Shown: positions 15,291 to 25,361, numbered from the stretch's first letter. The stretch is DNA of 64,000 bases from an uncultured Acholeplasmataceae bacterium (GCA_964552625.1 CAZKGV010000007.1:10264-74263), one strand, 5' to 3'. A program made the numbers and translations. The notes: generated from the sequence alone by a model not told the origin.

Positions 15291-16499
15291 TTATTTTTCT
15301 TTTTTAGACGGTATGCCTTCTTCTTTATTATAAACCGCATCTCTTTGTTCAGTTTTCTCTATTGCTTTTAAATTTAAGTTTTGTGTTGACTTAGTTTGCG
15401 CTTTTGGTTGTTCTTTACGCGGTTGAGTGGGTCTTTGATAAACCGCTTTTCCTGCTCGTTTTTTTCGGAAGAAAAAGAAATAACTGGCAAGAGCCACTAA
15501 AACAAGATAAACGGCAATTGAAATCCAAGTAATATAACGATATTTCCCAAATTTATAAGGACTAACAGTAGTTATACCATAATCACTTAATTCAAAATTA
15601 TCTACATCAATTAACTTTTTAGATAAATATATAATCGAATCATCTTCATCAACTAAAAGTTTGCCATCTTGCGTTTTTATCGTATACCAAAGAGTTTCAT
15701 ATTTAGTAGAAATATTAAAATCTGCTTCAAAAAGAGATGTATCTTTTACTCTTTTTAACTCATAAGATGTGTCATTTGTTTCCCAGTTATTAAAGTTTCC
15801 AACCAAATAAAGTTTTTCATTTTCACCCAACTCCAAATGTGTTACAACTTCAACTTTCACATTATAAGTTTTCCCAGAAAACTCAGGCTCAGCATCAGTA
15901 TTATCCAGCGGAAGCTCAAGTAACTTTTTAACAACTGCTCCTAAAACGTTTTCTCCTTTTACAAGTGAAGAAAAATTTAATTCATTAACATCAATAAAAA
16001 GGCCATCAGTTTTTTTATGTTCATATAAAACAACCGGATCAGCATCTTTGCTTGGAGCTGGATGCGTTATTAAAACACTATATACATCAACATTTTTAAA
16101 CTCAAACCACTGTAAATACCAATTTTCCTTACCAACTCGAATTAGCTGTTGCTTAATCTCATCGTCTGATGTTTCAATTTTTATATCTAAAGTACTTGCC
16201 TGTTTTTCAATTGTTAAATCATCAACTAAAAATACTAAATATGTTTTATGCTCATTTGCTTCTAAAAAAACATGAAAATTAAATGAAAACTCATCTTCTA
16301 CTGCAATGGCTTGTTCTACCCAAGGATCTTTATAGTTTTCAAACAATCCTTTAAAAAAAGATAAGTCATCCTCTTTAATTGCTTTATCGCCTTCATCCGC
16401 AATAAACTTGTTAAAAGCATATCCGCTAGAACAGCTATAAAGGTTTAATCCAATCAATATTACTAAAAAACCAAATAATAATTTACCTAATAATTTCAT
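15291..16499 (-). CDS. Lipoprotein-like surface protein with a CBM48/AMPK-beta-like glycan-binding module and a C-terminal TM anchor
   Basis: The start was refined to MKLLGK (AAGGAG RBS). The lipobox-like segment is LNLYSC. LYLVGNFNNWETN...LWYTIKTQDGK resembles the GxFNNW glycogen-binding module. A TM segment and a basic, low-complexity tail follow. Confidence 0.5.
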   Translation of the reverse strand: MKLLGKLLFGFLVILIGLNLYSCSSGYAFNKFIADEGDKAIKEDDLSFFKGLFENYKDPWVEQAIAVEDEFSFNFHVFLEANEHKTYLVFLVDDLTIEKQASTLDIKIETSDDEIKQQLIRVGKENWYLQWFEFKNVDVYSVLITHPAPSKDADPVVLYEHKKTDGLFIDVNELNFSSLVKGENVLGAVVKKLLELPLDNTDAEPEFSGKTYNVKVEVVTHLELGENEKLYLVGNFNNWETNDTSYELKRVKDTSLFEADFNISTKYETLWYTIKTQDGKLLVDEDDSIIYLSKKLIDVDNFELSDYGITTVSPYKFGKYRYITWISIAVYLVLVALASYFFFFRKKRAGKAVYQRPTQPRKEQPKAQTKSTQNLNLKAIEKTEQRDAVYNKEEGIPSKKEK

Positions 16500-16593
16500 C
16501 GCTATCTCCTTAACACTACATACAATAATAACAAACTTCTCTAATTTTTCCAATAAAAACTCATTTTTACCCGTAAAACCAAATTAAATCCTC

Positions 16594-16621
16594 TTTACAT
16601 AAACAAAAAATAATGTATAAT
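16594..16621 (+). promoter_or_regulatory. Promoter for the tRNA-His/tRNA-Gln pair
   Basis: TTTACA-16 nt-TGTATAAT (extended -10) ends 17 nt before the tRNA. Confidence 0.5.
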
Positions 16622-16637
16622 ATAGTTTGCGGGGTAT

Positions 16638-16714
16638 GGCGGCTATGGTGAAGCGGTTAACACACTGGATTGTGGCTCCAGCATTCGAGGGTTCAAGTCC
16701 CTTTAGCCGCCCCA
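16638..16714 (+). tRNA. tRNA-His (anticodon GUG) with G-1, CCA encoded
   Basis: The acceptor is G-GCGGCTA...TAGCCGC-C-CCA. The anticodon stem-loop is CTGGA-TTGTGGC-TCCAG. Confidence 0.9.
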
Positions 16715-16725
16715 AAATTAAATAT

Positions 16726-16797
16726 AGGCCCATAGCCAAGTGGTAAGGCAACGGACTTTGACTCCGTCACTCGTAGGTTCGAATCCTGCTGGGCCTG
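16726..16797 (+). tRNA. tRNA-Gln (anticodon UUG), CCA not encoded
   Basis: The acceptor is AGGCCCA/TGGGCCT. The anticodon stem-loop is ACGGA-CTTTGAC-TCCGT. The T-loop is GGTTCGAATCC. Confidence 0.85.
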
Positions 16798-16810
16798 TTT
16801 AAAACTATTA

Positions 16811-16833
16811 AAGCGATTATCATCGCTTTTTTT
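16811..16833 (+). terminator. Hairpin terminator, probably bidirectional (serving the tRNAs and the convergent amylase gene)
   Basis: The sequence reads AAGCGAT-TATC-ATCGCTT followed by T6. Confidence 0.65.
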
Positions 16834-16835
16834 GT

Positions 16836-18134
16836 TTAAATTTTGTTTTTCATAGAAAAAATAACAATTGGTTTTTCACTTAAAACAATTTGTTTGTTTT
16901 CTACTTTTACTTGATTTGGATATAAAATATTTTGATAAACCCCATTAGGAAGTAAAATATTTACGCCCCCCTTAATATTGCCAACATTAAATATTCCATA
17001 AGCAATCGAGGTTTCATTTTCATAACTAATTACCGCAACTTCTTGCGGTTGTATGTGAATATTAAAAATACCAGTTTGAAAAAGTGAATCTTTTTTCAGA
17101 TGACTCATCCGGTGAATTAAATTAGTAAGTTCAGATTCCTTTGGTGATAAATCTATTTTATCTATTTCAAACAAGTTTGGTCTTTTTTCTTGCCGATATT
17201 CTTGACCAGCATAAATCATTATTGTTCCTTTTAAAAAACATTGTAGCGCTGTTAAGTTAATAAGTCTTGTTTTATCTTCAACCAAGGCAGCAATTCTTTT
17301 GGTATCATGATTTTCTAAATATCTTAGTTTAATATAGTTTTGAGGAAAAATTGATTCTTGCCTAATTATACTTTTTAACCAATAACCTAAATCATCCTTA
17401 CCCATTATATAATCATTAAACTCGCTGTTAATATCGTAATCATAAAGAATATCAAAAGCTTCATAAAGTTCAGCATCACTTGCACAATAAAAACCACGGT
17501 CACGCAAGTTTTTAACCAAATCCAAATGAACAGACTCACCCAAAAATACTACATCAGGATTTAGTTTTTTAAGTTCTTTTCTCGCTTTTAACCAAAAATC
17601 AAGCGGAATAACTGATGCTACATCAAACCTAAAACCATCTACTTGTAAACTTAGCCAATACTTAAGAACATCAATCAAATAATCCCAAAGCTCTAATTTA
17701 GAAAAATCTAGATCTGTCACATCAGACCAATCTTCAACCTTCCGGAAAAGTTCTCCTTTTCTTTTAAGATACCACTCTGGATTTGTTTGTAGTAGGGTTG
17801 CATCAAAGCTTGTATGATTAAAAACTATATCAATAATTACTTTCATTCCCATTTGATGAGTTTTATTTATTAGTTTAATAAAATCTTCTTTTGAGCCGTA
17901 ATCACTATTAGTTAAAAAGTAATCTTTGACTGAATACGGTGAACCAATACTTCCCTTACGATTTATTTTGCCAATCGGATGAATTGGCAATAAATAAATA
18001 AAGTCCATCCCTAGCGATTTAATTCGTTCTAAATCTTCAATTAAACTTAAAAATGTCCCCGTTTTTGTATGCTGACGCAAAAAAACTTGATAAATATTTG
18101 CGCTTCTTAATTTTAATGGTGTATCTTTTGCCAT
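16836..18134 (-). CDS. GH13 alpha-amylase family glycosidase
   Basis: The conserved regions are DIVFNH, DGFRFDVA, FLGE and YLENHD. Confidence 0.85.
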   Translation of the reverse strand: MAKDTPLKLRSANIYQVFLRQHTKTGTFLSLIEDLERIKSLGMDFIYLLPIHPIGKINRKGSIGSPYSVKDYFLTNSDYGSKEDFIKLINKTHQMGMKVIIDIVFNHTSFDATLLQTNPEWYLKRKGELFRKVEDWSDVTDLDFSKLELWDYLIDVLKYWLSLQVDGFRFDVASVIPLDFWLKARKELKKLNPDVVFLGESVHLDLVKNLRDRGFYCASDAELYEAFDILYDYDINSEFNDYIMGKDDLGYWLKSIIRQESIFPQNYIKLRYLENHDTKRIAALVEDKTRLINLTALQCFLKGTIMIYAGQEYRQEKRPNLFEIDKIDLSPKESELTNLIHRMSHLKKDSLFQTGIFNIHIQPQEVAVISYENETSIAYGIFNVGNIKGGVNILLPNGVYQNILYPNQVKVENKQIVLSEKPIVIFSMKNKI

Positions 18135-18164
18135 AAATATTACTTCCTTTTAATTGATTTTTGG

Positions 18165-18893
18165 TTAAAATGAGATGTAATCTAGTTTTGAAAACACTAA
18201 ACCAATTGGTTTGTTAATAACTAAACTTGCCAACTCTTCTTTGCCTGTTAATGTTTTATTAATAATAACAAGCGGCCTATTCTTAGGATAATAATTTATT
18301 AAAAATGCTGCTGGATAAACAACTAACGAGGTTCCGCCAACAATTAACAAATCAGCATTTTTCATTGCTGTAATGCTTTTATCTAAATTTGTTTGCGATA
18401 AGGCTTCTTCGTAAAGAACTACAGCAGGTTTAATTAACCCCCCACAATCACACAGTGGAACTTCACTTTTTAATATTTTTTCAATACTATAAAACTTACC
18501 ACAATTCAAACAATAATTTTTATGAACTGAACCATGAAGTTCAATCACGTTAGAGCTTCCTGCCATCTGATGAAGACCATCAATGTTTTGGGTAATAATT
18601 GTAATCTGTTTTTGTCTGTCTTCAAGTTTTTTCAGGCCAATATGACATGAATTAGGCTTCGCGTTTAAATAAATCATTTTTTCTTTATAAAACTTGTAAA
18701 AAGCCTTGGGGTTGCTAAAGAAAAATGAACCAGAAATAATTTGTTCTGGTGAAAGTTCTAAGCTTTCATAAGATAAGCCCTTTTCACCACGAAAATCAGG
18801 AATACCAGATTCTGTTGATACTCCTGCTCCGCCAAAAAAGACAATATTATTCGCATTTTTAATTAACTCTTGTAGTATAGTAATTTTTTTCAT
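18165..18893 (-). CDS. cobB: NAD-dependent protein deacylase (Sir2/CobB family)
   Basis: It carries GAGVSTESGIPDFRG and QNIDGLH, with the Zn motif CLNCGK...CDCGG. Confidence 0.85.
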   Translation of the reverse strand: MKKITILQELIKNANNIVFFGGAGVSTESGIPDFRGEKGLSYESLELSPEQIISGSFFFSNPKAFYKFYKEKMIYLNAKPNSCHIGLKKLEDRQKQITIITQNIDGLHQMAGSSNVIELHGSVHKNYCLNCGKFYSIEKILKSEVPLCDCGGLIKPAVVLYEEALSQTNLDKSITAMKNADLLIVGGTSLVVYPAAFLINYYPKNRPLVIINKTLTGKEELASLVINKPIGLVFSKLDYISF

Positions 18894-19804
18894 TATAAAT
18901 TTTGATGGATAAAATATCTTTTTTCTTTTTTAGGATGAACAATCATTTTTATCGCCCTAGGTATAACATCAATTCTAATTGAGCCTTTTGTTGCTAATTC
19001 ACCATCAGTATTCCACTCAATATGATCGCTTGTTTCTATCTCATAAAAAGAACTTTTAAATGTTTTGTTTTTTTCCGTATTATAAAGTCCCCCGGAAATA
19101 AAAAATCCAAATAAACGAAAAAGCATCCCCGGTTCTCTTTTAAAAAATCTTGCTTCTAAAATTCCATCATCAAACTTTGCTTTCATCCTTGCTAATCTAA
19201 ATCCGCCAACCCGATAACCGTTTAATACCAATACAAGCGCACAAGTATTAATAAAGCTTCCACCATCATAGGTCACTTTTACAGGAATTTGATAATCTTT
19301 GAAAATATCTTTAGAGCCTCTAAACAAATATGCAAGAGCGCCAAACTTTTTTTTCAGTTTTCTTTCAGTTACATAACTAACTTTTGCAAATTTACCTGTC
19401 GCTGCAGCGTAAATAAAATAACGATCATTTATTTTAGAAACATCAATGCTTTTGATAATTCCATTTTTTAAAATAAGTTTAACAGCTCTTTTTATATTCC
19501 TTGAAATACCAAGCAAATGACCAACATCATTAACTGTTCCTGTGGGAATATAACCAATAACTGGCCGCTTAGAAACACTCATCAAACCACGAATAACTTC
19601 ATTTAGGGTCCCATCGCCACCGGCAACCAATAACATATCATAGTTTTTCAGTTTAATTGCATAATTCATCGCATCTTCAGCTTTTTGAGTTTGAAAAAGC
19701 TCAATTTCATGACCTTCATTAATAAAAGTCTCTTTAATCCAATTAACAGATGCATTTATTTTACCAAAACCACTTTCAGGATTATAAATAAAGCCTACTT
19801 TCAT
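18893..19804 (-). CDS. Diacylglycerol/lipid kinase (YegS/BmrU/DagK family)
   Basis: It carries the GGDGTLNEV motif, with size and layout typical of DAGK_cat proteins. Confidence 0.8.
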   Translation of the reverse strand: MKVGFIYNPESGFGKINASVNWIKETFINEGHEIELFQTQKAEDAMNYAIKLKNYDMLLVAGGDGTLNEVIRGLMSVSKRPVIGYIPTGTVNDVGHLLGISRNIKRAVKLILKNGIIKSIDVSKINDRYFIYAAATGKFAKVSYVTERKLKKKFGALAYLFRGSKDIFKDYQIPVKVTYDGGSFINTCALVLVLNGYRVGGFRLARMKAKFDDGILEARFFKREPGMLFRLFGFFISGGLYNTEKNKTFKSSFYEIETSDHIEWNTDGELATKGSIRIDVIPRAIKMIVHPKKEKRYFIHQNL

Positions 19805-20052
19805 AACTCATCGGATAAATACCCGAATTCACCTCCCATTTAATGAATACATTAAATAAATATAAAAAAAACAACCCTTTAACCATCTTTTATTATGCTT
19901 GTTTTAGAATGTTTTAGAATTTACTTAAAACTAGCACATCATTAAATCTATTTTACCACAAATGTGTTTATTCTATAATAATTGTTTGCGTAAAACCATT
20001 AAATTCTAATAAATAAATGTTATAATTAAAATATAAATAAAAGGGGGTTTTT

Positions 20053-20724
20053 ATGACAAAACTAATTGGCATCACCTCACGCTTAGTTAATGTTGATAAT
20101 ACCGAAAAACAATTTGTTAATACTCACTATGTAGATCCTTTAATCAAAAGAAACCTTAATACAGTAATGCTAACTCTAAACAATCCCAATATCGAAGCTA
20201 TTTTAATGCTTTGTGATGGATTTTTAATCACGGGAGGCACTGATATTAACCCAACAAACTATAACCAAACAAACCAAGGTTTATCTATTAACACTTCAGA
20301 GTTATTAGACAAACTTGATAAATTAGTAATCATGCACGCTTATAAACATAAAAAACCTCTTTTGGGTATTTGCCGAGGTCATCAAGCCTTAAATGTGTTT
20401 TTAGGTGGCACTCTTCATCAAGACTTACAAACAAAAAACAAGCACCATAAAAGAGTTGTTAATAATCATTTAGTTAACACACTTTTTCACGACTTATTTA
20501 AATTTAATAAAACAATTAATGTCAACAGTTATCATCATCAAGCTATCGATAAGCTAGCTGATGATTTAATTCCGCTTGCTTTTCATCAAGATGAAACAAT
20601 TGAAATGGTTATTCATAAAAATTTACCAATGTTTTCTGTTCAGTGGCATCCTGAACTGCAACCCGATTCTCCTGAATCAAAGATTGTTTTTGATGCTTTT
20701 GCTGCTTTAGTCAACAACAAATGA
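20053..20724 (+). CDS. Class I glutamine amidotransferase, peptidase C26 / gamma-glutamyl-GABA hydrolase-like
   Basis: It carries the GICRGHQ nucleophile elbow and the QWHPE catalytic His context. Confidence 0.8.
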   Translation: MTKLIGITSRLVNVDNTEKQFVNTHYVDPLIKRNLNTVMLTLNNPNIEAILMLCDGFLITGGTDINPTNYNQTNQGLSINTSELLDKLDKLVIMHAYKHKKPLLGICRGHQALNVFLGGTLHQDLQTKNKHHKRVVNNHLVNTLFHDLFKFNKTINVNSYHHQAIDKLADDLIPLAFHQDETIEMVIHKNLPMFSVQWHPELQPDSPESKIVFDAFAALVNNK

Positions 20725-20767
20725 CTTTTTAAATAAATAATAATCCGCCAATTAAAGCCCCAAAAAA

Positions 20768-20799
20768 GCCACTAGATTTTTCATCTAATGGTTCTTTTT
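20768..20799 (+). terminator. Terminator-like hairpin
   Basis: The sequence reads GCCACTAGAT-TTTTC-ATCTAATGGT followed by T-rich sequence. Confidence 0.4.
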
Positions 20800-20821
20800 A
20801 TTGCTTTTTTATTAGTTCCTA

Positions 20822-20962
20822 TTATTTCCCTTTTTTATTTGGGTTCATTTGAGATCCTCTATTGCCATGCACTTGTGAATATTGTCTATTAACACCTGAC
20901 GTATTTTTATTTGCATTTTTCATATTAGATTGATTGTTTTTTGGTGATATTCTTTTTTTCAT
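20822..20962 (-). CDS. Possible small basic N/K/Q-rich protein (46 aa)
   Basis: Manual translation gives MKKRISPKNNQSNMKNANKNTSGVNRQYSQVHGNRGSQMNPNKKGK. The RBS (AAGGTT) is weak. The ORF is below the track cut-off. Confidence 0.2.
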   Translation of the reverse strand: MKKRISPKNNQSNMKNANKNTSGVNRQYSQVHGNRGSQMNPNKKGK

Positions 20963-21092
20963 AATAACCTTGTACACTCAATGTATAGACTATAATAATT
21001 AGCGAGTATACTTATCCTTTCTAATGATTTATATTATAATTTAAATCAAGGCGCCCTTTTTAACATAGAGTGCCTGGGGTTATGACTGCGTT

Positions 21093-21971
21093 TTAGTCAT
21101 TCTTAATTCTTAAAGCTGGACGGACACCGAAGTTAACACAATGGGCACCGAAATAGTGAATAGTGCCTTCATTACCAACATTGAGCACGTAGTAAGAATC
21201 GGAGGAGCTATAAGGCGAACGCAACCACCAAGAACTAGTATCATTATCACCATGTGCATAAACATATCTTGCTCTTGCGTAATCACTTGCTGTTGCTTGT
21301 CTTTTTTCATCATTGTTAAAATAAGTGTATTTCGCTTCTTGACAGCTTAGTAAATAAACTTTATCATTTGTATCATCACATGCATACTCATTCGTATTAT
21401 CGGTTGTTGTTCTTGCACTATTATCTACAAAACTTGTTAATATATTGCTTTTATCTACACTATTAAATGCTTTATTATAAAAGTCATTATTTAACCACTC
21501 TCTTATTATTGAGTGCTCATAATTATTTGCATATATTGTTGTTTCATCTATTGTTCTACTATCTGCTGATATATAGAATTTTTCTTGATCTAATATCATA
21601 TCTGCAAGTAATGTTAATGTGCCATCTTTTTTTTCAAGGATACGCCATTTAATTGGTTCTACTTTAAAGTAATATGTTTTACCACTTATAATAGTTTCTT
21701 CATTACTAAATTTAGGACTTGAACCATATGGATTTGCTGATAGTTTCGCATATTCATTTCCTTCAAATACATAATATCCATTTGAGTTTGTTTGAACCAA
21801 TTTATCTAACTCTTCTATAAGATTAGCATCATCTACCACTGTTTGTGGATATAATCCAAAATAAATATACTCTCCTTCATCATTAGGATTAATACTTACT
21901 ATGCACCCCACTAAAACAAACATAAAACTTAAAATAAATATTAAACTAATTAGCCTAATCCATCTTTTCAT
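21093..21971 (-). CDS. Lipoprotein with a conserved domain of unknown function (I believe DUF6273-like)
   Basis: The start was refined to MKRWIRL (AAGGAGG RBS). The lipobox is LVGC. It carries the motifs FGLYPQT, EPIKWRIL, WWLRSP and GVRPALRI. Confidence 0.6.
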   Translation of the reverse strand: MKRWIRLISLIFILSFMFVLVGCIVSINPNDEGEYIYFGLYPQTVVDDANLIEELDKLVQTNSNGYYVFEGNEYAKLSANPYGSSPKFSNEETIISGKTYYFKVEPIKWRILEKKDGTLTLLADMILDQEKFYISADSRTIDETTIYANNYEHSIIREWLNNDFYNKAFNSVDKSNILTSFVDNSARTTTDNTNEYACDDTNDKVYLLSCQEAKYTYFNNDEKRQATASDYARARYVYAHGDNDTSSWWLRSPYSSSDSYYVLNVGNEGTIHYFGAHCVNFGVRPALRIKND

Positions 21972-21990
21972 TTCAACAAGCCTCCTTAAC

Positions 21991-22180
21991 AAAGTTTAAA
22001 TATATTATATTTTTATTTTACCATTTTTAATATATAAAACAAATTACAAAATTGATATTAATCTCTTTTTATTACTTCAGTGATCAATTTCTCCTATGTA
22101 AAAAAAAGTTTACCGCATCTCTACGATAAACTAACTTGGGTATTCTTGTTGGTCGATACAGGCTCTTGAATCTATCTGAG
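21991..22180. repeat. Diverged copy of the tRNA-Glu 3' end plus its downstream flank
   Basis: Bases 22101-22148 (AAAAAAAGTTTACCGCATCTCTACGATAAACTAACTTGGGTATTCTTG) closely match 26419-26466. The following TTGGTCGATACAGGCTCTTGAATCT resembles the tRNA-Glu 3' half TGGTGACCGATAGGGGATTCGAACC. The AAAGTTTAAATAT... block also recurs at 26121. Confidence 0.65.
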
Positions 22181-22333
22181 CTTATTTTAAAACTTTGATT
22201 AACCTTTTTGTCAGATATCTTAAATCTTATTATTAATAATGTGTTTTTCTGTTAAATCATTAATTTTTTTTAATTTTTAGCAATTTTAAAAATCTTGTTA
22301 GTTTCAATTTTCGCTAAAACAGCATCTCATAAA

Positions 22334-23164
22334 TCAATCTGTATGCCCTATAAAAATAGAGGCTTTTTTTGTTTTGATCAATAAAACGCTTATTACTACA
22401 AAAACCAACATTGATCCAATCAAGTAAAAAACATTAAAAACAAAGTCATTTCCGAAGATGGTGATTGTATGCCAATTATCAAAAGGCATATTATAATAAT
22501 TAATAAATGCTTTAGTATGAAAAAAATACTTGCTAAAAAAAGAAAATTTTGTTTTAATTTGGCTTCCAGTCATTGATTCAGCCATTATATAAATAAAGCA
22601 AAGTTCAAATATTAAAGTAAAAACATAGATAATTATTGTATATAATTTTGAAGCCAACATACTAATTAAGTATAGGATATTGCTCATACAAAAATATTGT
22701 AACAAGTATATTAATAAAACCACACTTAAATATGGAAATAAATCTAGTAACGATACATATTTCAACATGGGCACCGTATTTATAACAATGTATATTAAAA
22801 TTACGCCTGTAACCTGTACTATTATTTTTTTTTCAACATCTAAAATAAACTTAAATGCACTCTTTTTTCGGATTAAAACAAGCAATGATGTTTTGTTTAT
22901 ATCGTACGTTAAAAAATGAAAAATATTAACTAACATAAATATTGGTACAATCATGTAAAGTGCCATTTGGCCAATATTTAGTTGTTGAGGATCAATGGGG
23001 CCGCCAAAAACTGTAAAAACAGCATATTGCGCTATTTCAAAATTCTGTAACTCCAGGATTACAAGTTCTTTCATTTGTGTGTTTAATATGTAATAATTGA
23101 TAACCATCATTATAACTGAAAAAATAATAGTTAACACCAGGGATCTTTTATAAAAGATTCTCAT
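22334..23164 (-). CDS. Polytopic membrane protein, probable ABC-2-type permease subunit
   Basis: It has about 6 hydrophobic segments and overlaps the upstream permease-like gene within the ABC ATPase operon. Confidence 0.5.
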   Translation of the reverse strand: MRIFYKRSLVLTIIFSVIMMVINYYILNTQMKELVILELQNFEIAQYAVFTVFGGPIDPQQLNIGQMALYMIVPIFMLVNIFHFLTYDINKTSLLVLIRKKSAFKFILDVEKKIIVQVTGVILIYIVINTVPMLKYVSLLDLFPYLSVVLLIYLLQYFCMSNILYLISMLASKLYTIIIYVFTLIFELCFIYIMAESMTGSQIKTKFSFFSKYFFHTKAFINYYNMPFDNWHTITIFGNDFVFNVFYLIGSMLVFVVISVLLIKTKKASIFIGHTD

Positions 23165-23960
23165 TTTTCTTTTTCTTAATCAAGATTATTAGCATGAATA
23201 CAATAAAGTAAGTGAATACAATAATAATGTATTTAAAAAAAGTTGCTGAAAGATTATTAAGTGAGAATATATTATAATCAAAAAACAGTTTATTCAATGG
23301 GCTACTTTTATTTAATGATACTAATATTTGAATCCCTAATGGGACACCAATATAAATTGCAAAAGACATGATAAAAGGAAAATAGTATATAAACAAGACA
23401 GAAAAACAACTTAATAATGAAATAAAAAATGTTGACACGATAAAATATAAAAATGAAAAAAGCAAATAGTGTTGAATAACCATAATTTGCAAATTTGTTG
23501 GAGCATTATTTAAAAAGGTCATCACCAAGTATAGTTCGTTATTAGGATTACTTCGAAAAACAATAGATAATACTATGACATTTAAAATAGTACACAGTCC
23601 TAATATAATAAACGTCGCAATGAAAGATGCAATCATTTTAGACATTAAATATTTTTTTCTGCTTGTTCTTAATTGAACATAACGATAATATCCATTTTTC
23701 TCGCTATTAATTGAAATTGAATATGAGAACATACATATTATTGGTATTAATACATTGAATCCTGTGAGAAATAAATTACCGATCCCATTTTTACTATTTA
23801 AAATACTGGAATTATATAGTGATTGTACTAATGAATAATCAAGTCCAAAGTTATTATTAAAACTCATAGAAAATCCAAATAAAAAGAAAATAAAAACAAA
23901 TGCTAGAAGAATCACAAAAAAAGAGCTTTTAGTTATTTTAATTAGTTCGTTTTTAATCAT
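23148..23960 (-). CDS. Polytopic membrane protein, probable ABC-2-type permease subunit (LanE/G-like)
   Basis: The N-terminus is MIKNELIKITKSSFF, followed by a TM segment. It has about 6 TM segments and overlaps both neighbouring genes. Confidence 0.5.
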   Translation of the reverse strand: MIKNELIKITKSSFFVILLAFVFIFFLFGFSMSFNNNFGLDYSLVQSLYNSSILNSKNGIGNLFLTGFNVLIPIICMFSYSISINSEKNGYYRYVQLRTSRKKYLMSKMIASFIATFIILGLCTILNVIVLSIVFRSNPNNELYLVMTFLNNAPTNLQIMVIQHYLLFSFLYFIVSTFFISLLSCFSVLFIYYFPFIMSFAIYIGVPLGIQILVSLNKSSPLNKLFFDYNIFSLNNLSATFFKYIIIVFTYFIVFMLIILIKKKKNENLL

Positions 23961-24687
23961 TGTTTATCCCTGCCCAATACTTATTTAATATGCTTTGTTT
24001 AAGTTCAATATAATTATCTATTTGATCTATACCTATACCTTTTTGGTAATAAATATCTACCATTTGTATCTCTTGAAAAGTAAAACCTTTTACATAATCT
24101 GAAGTATTATTACTACTAGATACATCTTCGTAATCGTTTAATATGATAGTTTCATCGGATACATTATAAACTGAATAATAGCGATTAAACTTATCACCGT
24201 TATATTGTATTCCACTTAATTGATAGATTGTTTTGCCATTTGTAAAAACTGATACATCTGTAAATTTTTGGAGAAAAAAGATATACTTATAACCAATAAA
24301 TAGTGGTTTATAATGATAATTAGTATCATATTTATAAACGTCCAACTCATAAGAATATGATAGATTTCCATTGCTAAATAGCAAAAATCTTTCATCTGTA
24401 TTTTCTATTTTTATTTCATAAAATAATACGCCTTGAAATTTTTTGAGTTCAACCACTTCTCCAACTAAAACTATCTCTGATTGTTCCTCTAAAGATAATA
24501 AGAATTCTTGTGGATTATCTATTTCTTGCTTTATAAAATCTAAATCATATGGTATATTTTCCATGATATTCTGAAATTGAAACGCAGTAAAGCTATTTTT
24601 AGTTAAGTTAGACATTATTAATACAAAAACTATTGCAATTAAAAAAACTGAGAGTGCTGTTACCTTAACAATCTTCATTATTATCAC
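23953..24687 (-). CDS. N-terminally anchored extracytoplasmic protein, unknown function
   Basis: It has a single N-terminal TM segment and a beta-rich, Tyr-rich domain. No family was recognised. Confidence 0.5.
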   Translation of the reverse strand: MIIMKIVKVTALSVFLIAIVFVLIMSNLTKNSFTAFQFQNIMENIPYDLDFIKQEIDNPQEFLLSLEEQSEIVLVGEVVELKKFQGVLFYEIKIENTDERFLLFSNGNLSYSYELDVYKYDTNYHYKPLFIGYKYIFFLQKFTDVSVFTNGKTIYQLSGIQYNGDKFNRYYSVYNVSDETIILNDYEDVSSSNNTSDYVKGFTFQEIQMVDIYYQKGIGIDQIDNYIELKQSILNKYWAGINND

Positions 24688-25315
24688 CTATATAAGGAAA
24701 TTGAATGACTTCATCATATAATACATCAATCTCATTATGCTGATGAGAAGATATTATAATTACTGCGCCTTTTTCTTTTACTGATTTTAGATAGTTTATA
24801 AGCAACTTTATGGATTTTTTATCTAAAGAATTGGTGGGTTCATCTAATATGATAACACGAGGGTTTTCCATGATTGCTTGTATTATCCCTAATTTTTGTT
24901 TCATTCCTAAAGAATACTTTTCAACAGGTTTTTTGCTCGTAGGATCTAAATCTAACATCGTCATCAGTCTACTGATTTCATCATGGTTTATTATCTTGTT
25001 AATATTTGCGAGCATTTTAAGATTTTCGAAACCACTTAAATAGTCCAGCATAGCTGGAGTTTCAATTAAAACACCAATGCTTTTTGGAAACTCTATTTCA
25101 GAGTACAATTTTTGGTTTTCGTATTTAACTATTCCAACAGTGGGTTTGAGAAAACCTGATAAAATCTTCATAAAAACTGTTTTACCCGATCCATTGCTAC
25201 CTACAAGACCATAAATTTTTCCACTATAAAATGCAAAACTTAGATTCTTTATAATTGTATCGTTCTTAAATTTTTTTGTGATACCGATAACTTCGATTAT
25301 AGGTGATTTTATCAT
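24665..25315 (-). CDS. ABC transporter ATP-binding protein
   Basis: The Walker A motif is GSNGSGKT, the signature is LSLGMKQK and the Walker B motif is IILDEP. Confidence 0.85.
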   Translation of the reverse strand: MIKSPIIEVIGITKKFKNDTIIKNLSFAFYSGKIYGLVGSNGSGKTVFMKILSGFLKPTVGIVKYENQKLYSEIEFPKSIGVLIETPAMLDYLSGFENLKMLANINKIINHDEISRLMTMLDLDPTSKKPVEKYSLGMKQKLGIIQAIMENPRVIILDEPTNSLDKKSIKLLINYLKSVKEKGAVIIISSHQHNEIDVLYDEVIQFPYIGDNNEDC

Positions 25316-25361
25316 ATTAATATATTCCTTTCTTTACAGCAGAATAAAGGAGGACTAAGAT

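Noticed and set aside
16726-16797. tRNA-Gln is the only one of the seven tRNAs without an encoded CCA
   Set aside because: CCA is commonly added post-transcriptionally, so mixed encoding within a genome is normal.
18165-18893. The Sir2-domain protein as a possible anti-phage (Thoeris/DSR-like) component
   Set aside because: It is a stand-alone 242-aa CobB-type deacylase with a Zn-ribbon and no effector or sensor fusion. Its neighbours are housekeeping genes, so there is no defence context.
19901-19920. A perfect tandem duplication GTTTTAGAAT x2 in the dagK / amidotransferase intergenic region
   Set aside because: A single 10-bp duplication in AT-rich spacer is most likely replication slippage, and no associated structure was seen.
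21110-25043. Nested track ORFs 21110..21313, 21141..21350, 21467..21652, 22680..22919 and 24810..25043
   Set aside because: They lie within or antisense to the lipoprotein, permease and ABC ATPase genes, with no independent support.
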